From Rebecca billardiae RCC1528 (Eukaryota; Protista; Haptophyta), in assembly GCA_965240325.2 (NCBI GenBank), contig OZ251228.1, positions 2,108,001 through 2,172,000 of the forward strand: a stretch of DNA of 64,000 bases, in the 5' to 3' direction. Positions 21,370 to 32,140 of the stretch are shown one piece after another. Both the position numbers and the translations under genes were made by a program. Below the pieces are notes generated by a model. The model did no database searches. It saw only the letters and a program-made list of their open reading frames with translations, and had not been told where the DNA came from. Positions within the stretch are counted from its first letter, which is position 1; each line of letters opens with the position of its first letter.

Positions 21370-23229
21370 TGGCGCACGCCCCCCCCGAAAGGTCTGAGCG
21401 TGAGCGAAAGCCAGGGGGGGCGGCGCACGTGCTCCGCAAAATCAAAAAAGAGGATGCGCGCAGGATTTGGGGGATTTTTGTAGGTGGATTTAGGTGTGAA
21501 ACCGCAGCATTTGAGTCCATTTCGCTGCTCATGATTGCGTTTGTACTGCTCCTTAATCCTTGGATAGTAAGTAATAGAAGAATTCGGAATCAAATAGGAC
21601 GAAGTCATCTAGCTACCATTCTGATAGTCAAGATTCGTGTGTTGAACGGACCATAAAAAAGGTGAGATATCGAACGAATTCTCTGGATAGCTGCTCACTC
21701 CTCAGATTCATCAAAGCGACGCGATATGGTATTGCGCGGGTAGCTTGAATCGACGTTCCCGCGCGCCCTGGTATCATACGGTTAGCAAGCTACTGTTGTT
21801 GATATGCTTTTGGTCATCTGTTGATACGACGTCAATGCGGGTGGCAATCCATTCTTGAGCCTGAAATCTCATGAGCATAAGAATTTCTACCGCTTCACGC
21901 ACGACCCTTGATTCTCTCCCTTTTAATACCGGCGCGTCCAGGAGAGCTTGACGAATATGAACGATGAACTGTTTCCCGCGCGCGATTCATAACCGTATCC
22001 TTTCTGATGATGATAGTTATCTCCCGTTGATTAATACTGCTCGTCATCACACGGCTTCGCGCGATGATACAAAAGCTGGCCACCCGCGGAGCCTCTGATC
22101 AAGAGGCGGGCAATGCGTACTCTGGGTGCGAAGCGCGTGGCGCGTGGGGGCGAGGCGCGTTTCTCGCTGTATTTCCAGCTGACCATGCGCGCGCCCGCGC
22201 GCGCCACGCCGCACGCCCGCGCAGCTGAACTCTCGGCATGTTCGCGGGAAGTCGCTCGCCCAAGCCCTCACGCTCGCGCCGTCCATGACCATGGCCGCGC
22301 TGTGATGGCTCCGCGTGCGGAGTGCTGACCGTGAGCCTCTCTCTCTCTGGCTGCGCATGACGGCGCGGCAAGCAGCGCGCGCAGATCTGCGGGCGACGAG
22401 GCTGGGCGCCAGTCCTCGCAGCACGAGGCCGAGCGCGGACATCTGTTTTGCTCGCGACGAGGCTGGGCTTACTTAGATCTGCGAGCGGCGAGTCCGCGAC
22501 GATGGCGAGGTGGCATATGCTACGGGCGACGCCGTGCTCCTCTCTCGCCCGTGCTCGCAGGAGCTCTTCGCCCTCGCGCTCCAGGCCGTCGGCCGACAGC
22601 ACCCGCGGCGGCGCCGACGCGCACAGCGGCCCTCGCACTGCATCGATCGACGCGGCGGCGAGGCTGACAGACAAAGGTCGCAATCCAGGGTGTCACGTGC
22701 CGTGGGGAGCTCATTGTGCCCGCATTCGAGGGGAAGACGCCGAGGGCGTGCAAGGAGCGGCTGCTGCGGCTGCGGGAGGTCGGAGACAGGCTCGAGCCGC
22801 GGCTGCTCGCGACGCTTTTTCCCGCCGCCGACCGGCCGACGAGCTGCGAGCTCAGAGCTGCGAGCTCATTCATCCGACGCTGCGCCGATCCCGCCGAGCG
22901 CGCAAGGCTGTGCGAGGCTGAGCCTGAGACGGGCGAGCTGCCGAGCGCGATCTCTGCGCTGCGCGCGGCCCCAGCAGGGCTGCCCGAAGCGCACCGGGCG
23001 GAGGCGCTGCGGCTGCTGCGCCGTTGAGTTCGACACGGCGCAGCCCCCCGACGGGCCGTCGATCGCGTCGATTACTCGCGCCCGCGCCGGCCGCGCCTCC
23101 TGAGGTCAGCCTCCTGCACGGCGACGTGCCGGGCGCGCGCATCGTGATTCGGTGAAGAACGCGACAATTACCAGGGCCGTGCGCCCTCAACGTCGTTGTT
23201 TACTACCCGAAGATCGGCGTAGCCGATCA
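21370..23229 (+). mobile_element. Non-autonomous asymmetric-TIR/hairpin element related to the 16832-18214 element
   Basis: Starts TAATAAT|GGCGCACGCCCC with a 5' C7/G7 stem. Subterminal GGGCCGTGCGCC (23174-23185, 11/12 match), then a 26-nt spacer similar to that of the other element, then hairpin GATCGGC-GTA-GCCGATC (23212-23228) and ATAATAAT. Confidence 0.65.
22448..23027 (+). pseudogene. Frameshifted Myb/SANT-like gene fragment inside the element
   Basis: Removing one G from the run at 22704-22707 joins ...AARLTDKGRNPGCHVPW to ELIVPAFEGKTPRACKERLLRL, matching the Myb W..I...F.G(R/K)T...CKER pattern. Confidence 0.4.
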
Positions 23230-23680
23230 TAATAATCGAATGTCGATTCACATCAGTGCTAGCTGGCCGAATAACGAGAGTAGTGGCATACGTCGACGCG
23301 TCACGCCGTCACGTACGGTACGGTCGTCGCTTATTAATATTTATTAATTCTGCTGACGCGCGGTTAATAATAATAAGCACTACTACCTCCAGGTTTAATA
23401 GCTAGACGCAGCAGACTGTTAGACCGTGCTGTCTGCTTAGGAAGCCTGAAGTTCCAAGCGGCTTCGTTCCGCCGCGTTCGTCGACGTCGTCACCCGCCGA
23501 AGTGAGTCCACCGCGCGTCCGTCTGGCTGCAGATGCGCAGGACGAGCAGTGCTCATGCTGGCGAGCGCCGGCCGCGCTGTCCGCGCGTCCGCGCGTGGGC
23601 GAGGAATCCGCGAGGATGATCCGTCGAGGGCTGCCTCCGTCGGATTGCGGCATAGAAGGACTGATGGAGACTGCACGCGC

Positions 23681-26116
23681 TCACTTGACCATGCACGTCT
23701 TGCGCATCAGCGCCTGAATCGGGCTCGGCATGAAGTCGTACACCAGACAGAAGTTGAGCGGGATCGTCGTGTTGAGCGTGGTCGGGAAGACGATGTACTC
23801 GCTCACCAGCAGCTGGGGCGGCGCAGGACGCGCGCGCACCACGCGGGGCACACACAACAGCCGTCGTGTGGGCAAGGGCGCAGCGGCGCAGCGGGGTTAG
23901 GACAGCTGCGACCGCGACCACTGGCGGGGTGGCGCGGCGTGCGGGGCGATGCTCGCGGCGGCGGTGGCGATGCTTCGCGGCGGCGCAGCCGCACCTTGGC
24001 CAGCTTGTCCCGCGGCACATTCGCGTTGCTGATTCGACCGCGCTTGATCAAATCATCCGTCAGCGTTTTCACGACCTGCTCGACCGTCAGGTCATCTGCG
24101 AGCGCAGCGCGCGGCGAGGGGAAGGCCGACGGTGAGAGGCGTGCAGCGCGCTGGAGCGGCGCGGTCCGCGCGGGCCCGCGAGCAGCGCGGGTGGAGCCGG
24201 CTAGTGTCGCCCGAGTGCCGGCGGCCACGGCACCGCCCGCACTCGGCCTGCCACTCGCTGGGGTCGCGCAGCTACTCGGTCGACCGCTGTGGGCCGACGC
24301 CGCCCGCACGGCCGCGCGCGCACCTGTGTGTGATCTGTACAGCTCCCGCTCCTCCTCGCTGCTGAACACGCGATAGCGCAGCTGCGCCGCCGCGCGCATC
24401 TCCTCCCAGCGGTAGGACTTGAGCAAGCGGTCCTCTGCGGGCCGACGCCAAAGCGGAGGGCCGGGAGCGCCGCGTCGCCATGCGGGCCGACGCCAAAGCG
24501 GAGGGCCGGGAGCGCCGCGTCGCCACGCCGCACACGGGCGCAAGCGGCGGCACGGCGTGCGCAGAGGGGTGGGCGGCGCGCGGGGGTCGCAGGGGCGCGG
24601 TGAGCTCGGCTTGGCTCACAGGTGCGAGCTGCGCACGGGTGCCGCGAGCGGGCTCGGTGCACGGCGAGCAGGCACAGCCCACACGCATCACGCAGCGCGG
24701 CCACATCGCCGCCCACGGAGCCCGGCCTCGCCCCGCGCGCCGTGCGCGCGTGCCGGCCGCGCGCGTTCCGCGCAGCGCGCCGCGCGCACCGTCGTACACG
24801 CCCCAGACGCGCTCGGCGTTCGGGTTGTCCGGCGTGGGCTTGGAGATGACGCGCATCGACCACGGGTTGGAGGTCATGTTGGACAGCATCGCGATCGTCT
24901 TGCCGCTCATGTCGTACGGGTTCCTCTCCCAGTCGTCCACCTGCCATCGAGCGGCACGCAGGCAGCACAGCGCGCGCACAGCGCGCCAGCCAGCCTGTCA
25001 GCCCGGCGTGCCGCGGTCGCGAGGCGCGCGCGGCGCGCGCGGCCGCGCGCGCCGCCGGGCGCGCACCATGCGGATGCCGTGCCAGAAGTCGCCCGTGTTG
25101 CCCAGGAACACGTCGTTCGCCTGCGACTCGAAGAGCACCGGCTGCGCGCTCGGGCCCTCGGCGAACGTGAAGAACTCGCCGCCCTTCTGCTTTGTCAGGT
25201 ACAGCAGGAAGGTGCAGTCGCGCACGCGCCAGTGCTCGAAGAGCCCCGAGTAGCCCATCACCTTGATCAGCCAGCGCGGCACGCGCGGGTCGTCCATCCC
25301 GCGGAAGTTGGGCTGGTCCAGGTGGTCGTGCAGCAGCGTGCCCGGCGGCAGGATCGAGACGTGCGCCGGGAAGGGCGGCTCGATCACCGGCATCCCGGTG
25401 AAGGAGCGCACGAGCTCGTGGATGCGCTCGTCCTCCATCAGCGGGCGGAACCTGCGGGGGTCGGCGGGCGGAGCGGGCGGCGCGCAGCTGATGCGGGCGC
25501 ACGGCCGCGGTGCACGCCGTGCGCGCTCGGCACGGGCAATCCCGCCGGCCGGTGGCCGCGCGCACGCGGCCGCGCGCGCGCGGCGCGCGCACATCTCGAT
25601 GGCTGTGTCGTTGTAGCGCTTCGCCTCCTGCATCGGCGTGCGCAGCTTCACCATGTACTGCGTGATCATGGCCATGAGCGCCTTGACCGAGAACTTCAGC
25701 CCCAGGTGGCCGCCGATGAAGATCTGGTACGTGATCAGGTCGATGTGGTTGAAGAGCGAGCAGAGCGTGCCCGACTCATCGACCTCGTAGAGGAACGGGC
25801 AGCGGCCGTCGTCCGTGTGGAAGGCCTCGCCGAAGGAGGAGGGGTGCGGGCGGCGCGGGTAGCCGCCCGACAGCGTCCCCTGCTCGTGAATCGTGTCGAT
25901 CCACTTCTGAAAGTCCGCCTCCGGCAGGAAGCCGCGCTTGCGCATGTACGCCGTCTTGCCGCCCTTAGCGCTGATGTGCGCAGGCTCAGAGCCCGTGGGG
26001 AAGGCCTCCGTGAGGATGAGGCGCGCAAAGTCGAGGATGCCTGACGATTGCAGCTTGAAGTACCCATAGCCCGAGCCCGCCGCGAGCACGGCGAACACCA
26101 CGGAGCCGACCTTCAT
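23681..26116 (-). CDS. Putative 2OG-Fe(II) oxygenase-like membrane-anchored protein; 6 exons (26116-25593, 25451-25067, 24940-24790, 24434-24324, 24095-23995, 23812-23681)
   Basis: All five introns have GTGCG donors and CAG acceptors with consistent phases. HLD in LHDHLDQPNFRG, GGEF and distal FWHG suggest an HxD...H triad. N-terminal TM segment. Confidence 0.7.
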
Positions 26117-26274
26117 CGTCACGCGGAAAGGAGGAGGACAGCCACGCCGAATCTGCCGCTTGACGGGATGCGCGCACGGGTCGTCCGCCAATGGGAGCCG
26201 CCGGCTCGCAGTCCGGCAGTTGGCAGGGCCGCAGCTGGCGACGCGGCTTGCAGCCACGTTGGCTTCATCGCACG

Positions 26275-27431
26275 ATGAAGACGAGTGCCCTTCGGCCTCG
26301 CGACCGGCGGCGGCTGGCGACCGCTCTGGCGGTGCTCACGGCGGTGTCGTGCATCCGACCATCAGCGTGTAGCTCGTACGATGCCTTCCACGGCAAGCGG
26401 CCAACCCCTGGCGGCGCCGCTGCCGCCAGCAGCAGCGGCGGCAGCGGCTTTGGCGCATTTGACGACGGCGAATCGCTCCGCGCAGTGTCTTCGGGCAGCG
26501 GCACCGGTGCGGGGTCGACGGACCCGCTCCGGCGCGCGTCGGACGAGGTGCAGAAGACCATCGCGAACACCAAGGCGATGGTCCACGGCGCCGCGCGCCA
26601 CGCGCGCTGGTTCAACATTGCAAACGGGCTGCTGCTGATGGTGACAGGCCCGTTCAATATCATCCTCTCGGCGATCACGCTGAACGCCAAGGACCTGATG
26701 ACCTCGGTGTACCTCTCACTCTTCGGCGTGCTGCTCGTGGCGATGGAGGTGCCGCTCGGCTCGCTGCAGCGCCCGATGCGCGCGTACTTCCTCTTCCTGT
26801 ACACGCGGTTTGGGCGCGCGACCTTCCTGATGCTCGTGAGTAACCTCGCGATGGTGTGCGGCAAGGTGGGCTTCTTGACGGCGACGCTGACGATCTGCAA
26901 CGCGGTGCTGAACATGTACCTCCTGGGGCAGAACCGCGACGCGGCGAGCAAGGAGGCCGACCTCGTGAGCACCGCCATGGCCGAGGTCAAGTCGGAGATG
27001 AGCGGCCAATTTGGCGGCATCCTCGGCCTCGTCTCACCCATGCGGCTCATGGGCGGGCTCGGCTCGGTGCTGCCCTTCGGCAGGCGGCGGAGGAAGCGGG
27101 GCGGGGCGGACGACGACGATGGCGACGACGCCTTCGAGAACCCCTTCGCCTCGGACGAGCAGGCGAGCTTTGGCTCGGGCGGTGGCGGCTCCTCCTCTGG
27201 AGGGTCGTCGTCGCAGCCGTCGCAGCAGCAGCAGCCCGGGCAGCAGCAGCAGCAGTACTCTCGCCGAGACCCGTCGGAGGGCCCAGGCGGCCGCAGCCCA
27301 TTCTCCTCGGCGCCTTCGGACGACGCCTTGAGCCCCTTCAGCCCGCGCTCCGCAGGCGGCAACCCGACGCAGCAAGGCGGGAGCGGCGGCTGGCAGCAGC
27401 AGCCGCAGCAGCAGCCGCCGCCCGGCTTCTC

Positions 27432-27464
<33 letters not shown>

Positions 27465-27724
27465 GTACCAACCTGGGTACGGCCAGCAAGTGCCACCTCA
27501 ATACCAGCAGCATGGTGGCATGGCACAGGTACATCGCCACGCTCACGCGCGCCACGGCACCCCCGCGGCGCCCGCCCCGTGCACGTCTGCGCGTGTTCGC
27601 GCTCTCGGCATTGACGCACTCGCCACCCCCGCCACGACCCGCGACCCGACCACAGCAGTACCCGCAGGGGCAGTGGCCGCCGCAAGGGGGCAGAGGCGAT
27701 CCTGGGCAGGGTGGGAGGCGATGA
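26275..27724 (+). CDS. COPI-associated (TVP15-like) membrane protein with Q/G/P-rich tail; intron 27529-~27655
   Basis: VYLSLFGVLLVAME...YFLFLYTRFGRATFLMLV matches the COPI_assoc pattern. Splicing continues the poly-Q tail (QYPQGQWPPQ) to TGA at 27724. Confidence 0.7.
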
Positions 27725-28209
27725 GGAGCCAGGTGGCGTCGCGCTGGTGTAGATGGGCTGATCCCATCACTCACGCCATACTGACGCTACTTACGAACAG
27801 CTCCCGCCGCCTGAGCCTCGCACAGTGCACTCTGCAGCGGAGTCTACTCTCCGCCTGCCGCGCCGGCGCCTGAGTCCTGACTGCCTGAGCTTGGACCGAG
27901 CTGCCCGCAGCCGGCCGGCGGCTCGGCGGTGGCTGACCCATCCGACAACCGTCCTGGTTGGGCTCGAGGATGCCGAGAGTGACGTTTCAAGACGAATCAC
28001 ATGTCGCTCGCGAAACTTCTCCGCGGACTCTACCGTACTGGTAGCCGAGTACGTATTGGTCATCACGAATAGACGCGCAACGAACACACCGTTCCTTCAT
28101 GGACGTTGGTCAAAAAACCGGCCGACTCCAGATTTCTGCCTGCGTCCAAGTTCCCGATCGGCACGGCAGGGGCGCCGAGGGCTGGCTCCCCGAATTGGCT
28201 GTTTTCGCA

Positions 28210-29394
28210 ATGCTCGGCGGTGTGGCGCGGTGCGCGGGTGTTGCCGGGCTGGCGGCATTCGTCGCCACCGTCCTAACGCTGTGTGCGCTACTGGCGATCA
28301 TCGTGACAACACCGGCCTTGCCGTCCGAGGCGCCTGAAAGTCTCACGGCATCGACTGTGGCGACCGGCCTACCGTCCACGCGCGTCCATTTGGAGAAGCA
28401 TATGCCCGAGGCGAGCCACGCGCTCTCCATCGCCGACTTCGGCAATGCCCAATACTACGGCACGGTCTCGATCGGCACGCCTCCGCAAAACTTCAGCCTG
28501 CTGTTCGACACGGGCTCGGCCGACTTGTGGGTGCTGGAGGGCGGGTGCGGCTTCGTATGCATCTTCCACCAGACCTACTCCCCCTTCAAATCGTCGACGT
28601 TCCGGCCGACGACCAAGTCTGTGGAGATCGCGTACGGGACTGGGAATGCCAATGGCTCCGTTGCGACAGAGACGGTCAGCATCGCGGGCTGCGAGGCGAA
28701 GCAGCAGGGCTTCTCCATGATGTTCAGCGTGTCCACTTCGTTTGCCTTCTCCAAGTACGACGGCGTCATCGGGATGGGCTTCCGGGCCAGCGCGAAAGAC
28801 GGCGCGGTGCCCGTCTTCCAGAATCTTATCGAGCAGGGCGCCGTCAAGGACGCGGTGTTCGCTTTCTACTTGGGCGACAACGCGCCGGGTGAGCTCACGC
28901 TCGGTGGGGTCGACCCCGCGCACTACGTTCCGCCGCTTGTGTACGTGCCCGTCACCAAGGAGAAGGATTGGGGGACACCACTCGACTCGGTGAAGATCGG
29001 CGGGGAGGAGACCATCACGTTTGGAGCTGCAGTTGCCGTGCTCGACACTGGCACGTCCATGCTCGCTGCCCCGCAGGCCGCCATCGACACAATCGCGCGC
29101 GCGACGGGCGCGACGGCAAAGCTCCCGGGGGAGCCACTCACTGTGAACTGCACCTCGATGGAGGCACTGCCCGACGCGCAGATAACCCTCTCGGGACACA
29201 CCTTCACCCTCAAACCGGAAGCATACATCACCAAGATCACGCAAAAGGGCCAGAGCGTGTGCCTCCTGGGCTTCCAGGCTATGCCACAGGGTTTTGCTGA
29301 CAACCTCTGGCTACTCGGCGACATGTTCATTCGCCAGTACTACACCGTCTTCGACGTGGGCAACTCCCGGATCGGCTTGGCTCGAGCTGCGTAG
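28210..29394 (+). CDS. Pepsin-family (A1) aspartic protease, cathepsin D/E-like
   Basis: QYYGTVSIGTPPQ, FDTGSADLW, YGTG flap, LDTGTS, WLLGDMFIRQYYTVFD; N-terminal TM or signal. Confidence 0.95.
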   Translation: MLGGVARCAGVAGLAAFVATVLTLCALLAIIVTTPALPSEAPESLTASTVATGLPSTRVHLEKHMPEASHALSIADFGNAQYYGTVSIGTPPQNFSLLFDTGSADLWVLEGGCGFVCIFHQTYSPFKSSTFRPTTKSVEIAYGTGNANGSVATETVSIAGCEAKQQGFSMMFSVSTSFAFSKYDGVIGMGFRASAKDGAVPVFQNLIEQGAVKDAVFAFYLGDNAPGELTLGGVDPAHYVPPLVYVPVTKEKDWGTPLDSVKIGGEETITFGAAVAVLDTGTSMLAAPQAAIDTIARATGATAKLPGEPLTVNCTSMEALPDAQITLSGHTFTLKPEAYITKITQKGQSVCLLGFQAMPQGFADNLWLLGDMFIRQYYTVFDVGNSRIGLARAA

Positions 29395-29812
29395 CAGCAG
29401 AGCTCGTCGATCTAAAAGCCAATAACTGAGCGCGTGTTGATGACGGGCCGTCGCAGGCGAACAACGCAGCCTGACTACTGACCGATGACGACTCCGTCTC
29501 CGGAGACCGGACGGATCGCGGCGGCGACTCTCACTCTGACTCTGAGCGTCGCTACGCGCTCGGATATTAAGAATTCATCAGCAGCATCAGGGCGCGCGGT
29601 CATATCCGGTCGCCGGCGGTCTTATTCTATGATGATGATGAGCAGGGTCATCCAAGGCAGGGTCACCGCCGGCGACCGCGTGACGCCGTGACGACGCAAA
29701 GCACAGTATAGCAGTGCTCTGCGTGCGATCGGTCACGCGTGATTTTCCTCGTCGTCAGAATCGAGATCGCTCTCATTATTAGGAGCGAGAGCGGCTTTTG
29801 GCGCGCTGGCAT

Positions 29813-30688
29813 TCACCTGGCAGGAGGGACGGCGTCCCCTACGCCCGCCGCGTCCCCCACAACGCCCGCGCGGCTGCGCTTGAGCTGGTCCGCCACGAGC
29901 TCGAGCGCAGAGTCGCGCGCGTTGAAGAACCAGGTGGTGACCGCGAGCCGCTCGGCATGCGCTGGCTGCACCTCGTGCTCCTGCCACGAGCAGAAGACGA
30001 CGAGCCGGTCGAGGATCGGCGCGAGCTGCACGGGCTCGGCGGCGGGCGCGTCTGCCGCTGCCGCCTCCGGCGGCTCCGGCCACAGCCGGAGCTGGCCACC
30101 GTCCGCTGGCTTCCACCCGCTGTTCAGGTAGTAGATGAGCGTGAGCTTCCGCCCGGGCGTGGGCGGCCATGCGTCGCGATGGCGTACGTATCGCGCGCCG
30201 TCACCCGGGTAGCAGGCGCACATGAACTTGCTGCGCTCCATGCGCCCGCGCACAGCCGTGCCGAGCTCGGCGTCGGCGGCCAGCGCCGCTCGGATCTCGT
30301 CCATCAGCTCGAAGAAGCCCGCGAGCGCTGGGTAGGCTGCCGGGTCGATCTCGATCGGCTCGCCGTCGCCCGCCTCGAACATGCGGATAAGGTCACCGCG
30401 CGTAGCCGCGTCTAGATTGGCCACGAGCCCGTGCTGCAGCTTCCCCGGCCGCAGCTCGTCGCGCGCGCGCATGCGCCGGATCTCTGCGCAGATCTTGGCC
30501 GCGTGGCTCGGCCCCAGGAAGCCGTCGTGGACGAAGTAGCCACGCTGGCGCACCGCGCGGGCCAGCCCGTCCAGGTCAAGCGCGCGCGAGCGCGCGCGCT
30601 CGAGCAGCCAGGACACGAGCGCGCGCCCGGCCCACAGCGCTAGGCCCCCCGCGGCGAGCGCGACGCCGTGCTGGCGCAGCGACGCCAT
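29813..30688 (-). CDS. EGLN/PHD-like prolyl 4-hydroxylase (2OG-Fe(II) oxygenase)
   Basis: ACYPGDGARYVRHRD, LTLIYYLN..W, GGQLRL, DRLVVF.S, HEVQPA..RLAVTTWF. Confidence 0.9.
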   Translation of the reverse strand: MASLRQHGVALAAGGLALWAGRALVSWLLERARSRALDLDGLARAVRQRGYFVHDGFLGPSHAAKICAEIRRMRARDELRPGKLQHGLVANLDAATRGDLIRMFEAGDGEPIEIDPAAYPALAGFFELMDEIRAALAADAELGTAVRGRMERSKFMCACYPGDGARYVRHRDAWPPTPGRKLTLIYYLNSGWKPADGGQLRLWPEPPEAAAADAPAAEPVQLAPILDRLVVFCSWQEHEVQPAHAERLAVTTWFFNARDSALELVADQLKRSRAGVVGDAAGVGDAVPPAR

Positions 30689-30977
30689 ACGGATAAGGAC
30701 CCCAGTTCTGATGAGCCCGGACCAGCCGGAGTGATGATGAGAATCTCGAATGTTGAGCGAGCCACGTGCTCGATTAAGTGATCATCATGACTCCAGCCTG
30801 ATAGATACACCCGCCAACTGGGACGGCGAACCGGCGGATTCTTCTAGTATTTAGAAGGATGCAGAAGCTCGAGTACGTGCTCGTAGCTGTGTGCCCTGGA
30901 TCAGAAAACCCGCTGGAGATGCCAGTTTCGGCAAATATTTTGGGTTTAGGCTAATTTGCGGGGATAAGGATGGCGTC

Positions 30978-31350
30978 AGAGGGGGAGAAGGGGGAGAGAA
31001 GGGGGAGAGAGGGGGGAGAAGGAGGAGGAGGAGGGGAGAAGGAGGAGAGAGGAGGGGAGAGGGAGGGAGAGGGAGGGGAGAGGAGGGGAGAGGGGAGAGG
31101 AGGGGAGAGGGAGGGGAGAGGGAGGGGAGAGGAGGGGAGAGGGAGGGGAGAGGGAGGGGAGAGGGAGAGGGAGGGGAGAGGGAGGGGAGAGGGAGAGGGA
31201 GGGGAGAGGGAGGGGAGAGGAGGGGAGAGGGAGGGGAGAGGGAGGGGAGAGGAGGGGAGAGGGAGGGGAGAGGGAGGGGAGAGGGAGGGGAGAGGGAGGG
31301 AAGGGAGGGAAGGGAGAGGGAGGGGAGAGGGAGAGGAGAGGGAAGGAGGG
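30978..31350. repeat. ~370-bp polypurine (GGGAGAGGGAG-type) low-complexity tract
   Basis: Only G and A on the + strand over the interval. Confidence 0.95.
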
Positions 31351-31714
31351 CACATGTCAGAGAGAAGACAGTGCGCATGCTGCCGCGCAAACGCGGCGGA
31401 TGGTTGGTGCGCTGCGCTGCGCGAGCGTGCTCGCACCATGCTCAAGTCTGGAGTACGTATGGGCAGGATCGTCGTTGCGCGCCGAGTAGGTTGCAGCGTC
31501 TGCAGGTAGAGAGGGCGTGCTGCACGACTGCCACTTGCGCCCCTGCGCCATGTAGATGGAGAGCACCTGCCTGCGCCCACCTGCACGGCAGCACAGGACA
31601 CAAACACGCGGTGCACACGGCGCGCACACACGGCACGGCAGGGTGGTGCTCTCGCGCGCACCTGCGTTCGGGAAGCGTGGTGGCACGGGGAGAGCGGATC
31701 GATGCACCTCAGTT

Positions 31715-32140
31715 CACGCGCGCCGAGCTCTGCCCACGCCGCCGCAGCCCGCTCTCCGCCGAGCCCGTCGTCACCGTAGCCGTGCGGCGCGCGCGCTCGG
31801 CTGCACAGCACGGCGCGCCGCGCGGCGCTGAGGCGCGCGGCGCGCCGCCGGCCGCGCGCGCCGCGCCGAGTCCGAGGACGGTGCCGAGCGCGGCGTCACG
31901 CAGCGCGACGTGGTCGATGCGCCTCCGTTCGTGCGCACCGAGCTCCGCCAACGCCGCCGCCGCCCGCTCTCCGCCGAGCCCGTCGTCACCGTAGCCGTGC
32001 GGCGCGCGCGCTCCGCCGCACAGCACGGCGCGGCGCGCGGCGCTGAGGCGCGCGGCGCGCCGCCGGCCGCGCGCGCCGCGCCGAGTCCGGTGCCGGTGCC
32101 GAGCACGGCGCCACGCAGCGCGACGTGGTCGGGAGGCTCA
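31715..32140. repeat. ~215-bp imperfect tandem duplication, with further partial copies near 32387 and 32770
   Basis: GCCCGCTCTCCGCCGAGCCCGTCGTCACCGTAGCCGTGCGGCGCG at 31747 and 31962. Confidence 0.8.

Noticed and set aside
30851-31994. Extensin-like PSPL or GRGE-repeat ORFs
   Set aside because: Translations of the polypurine tract in several frames; no signal peptide or codon-bias support.
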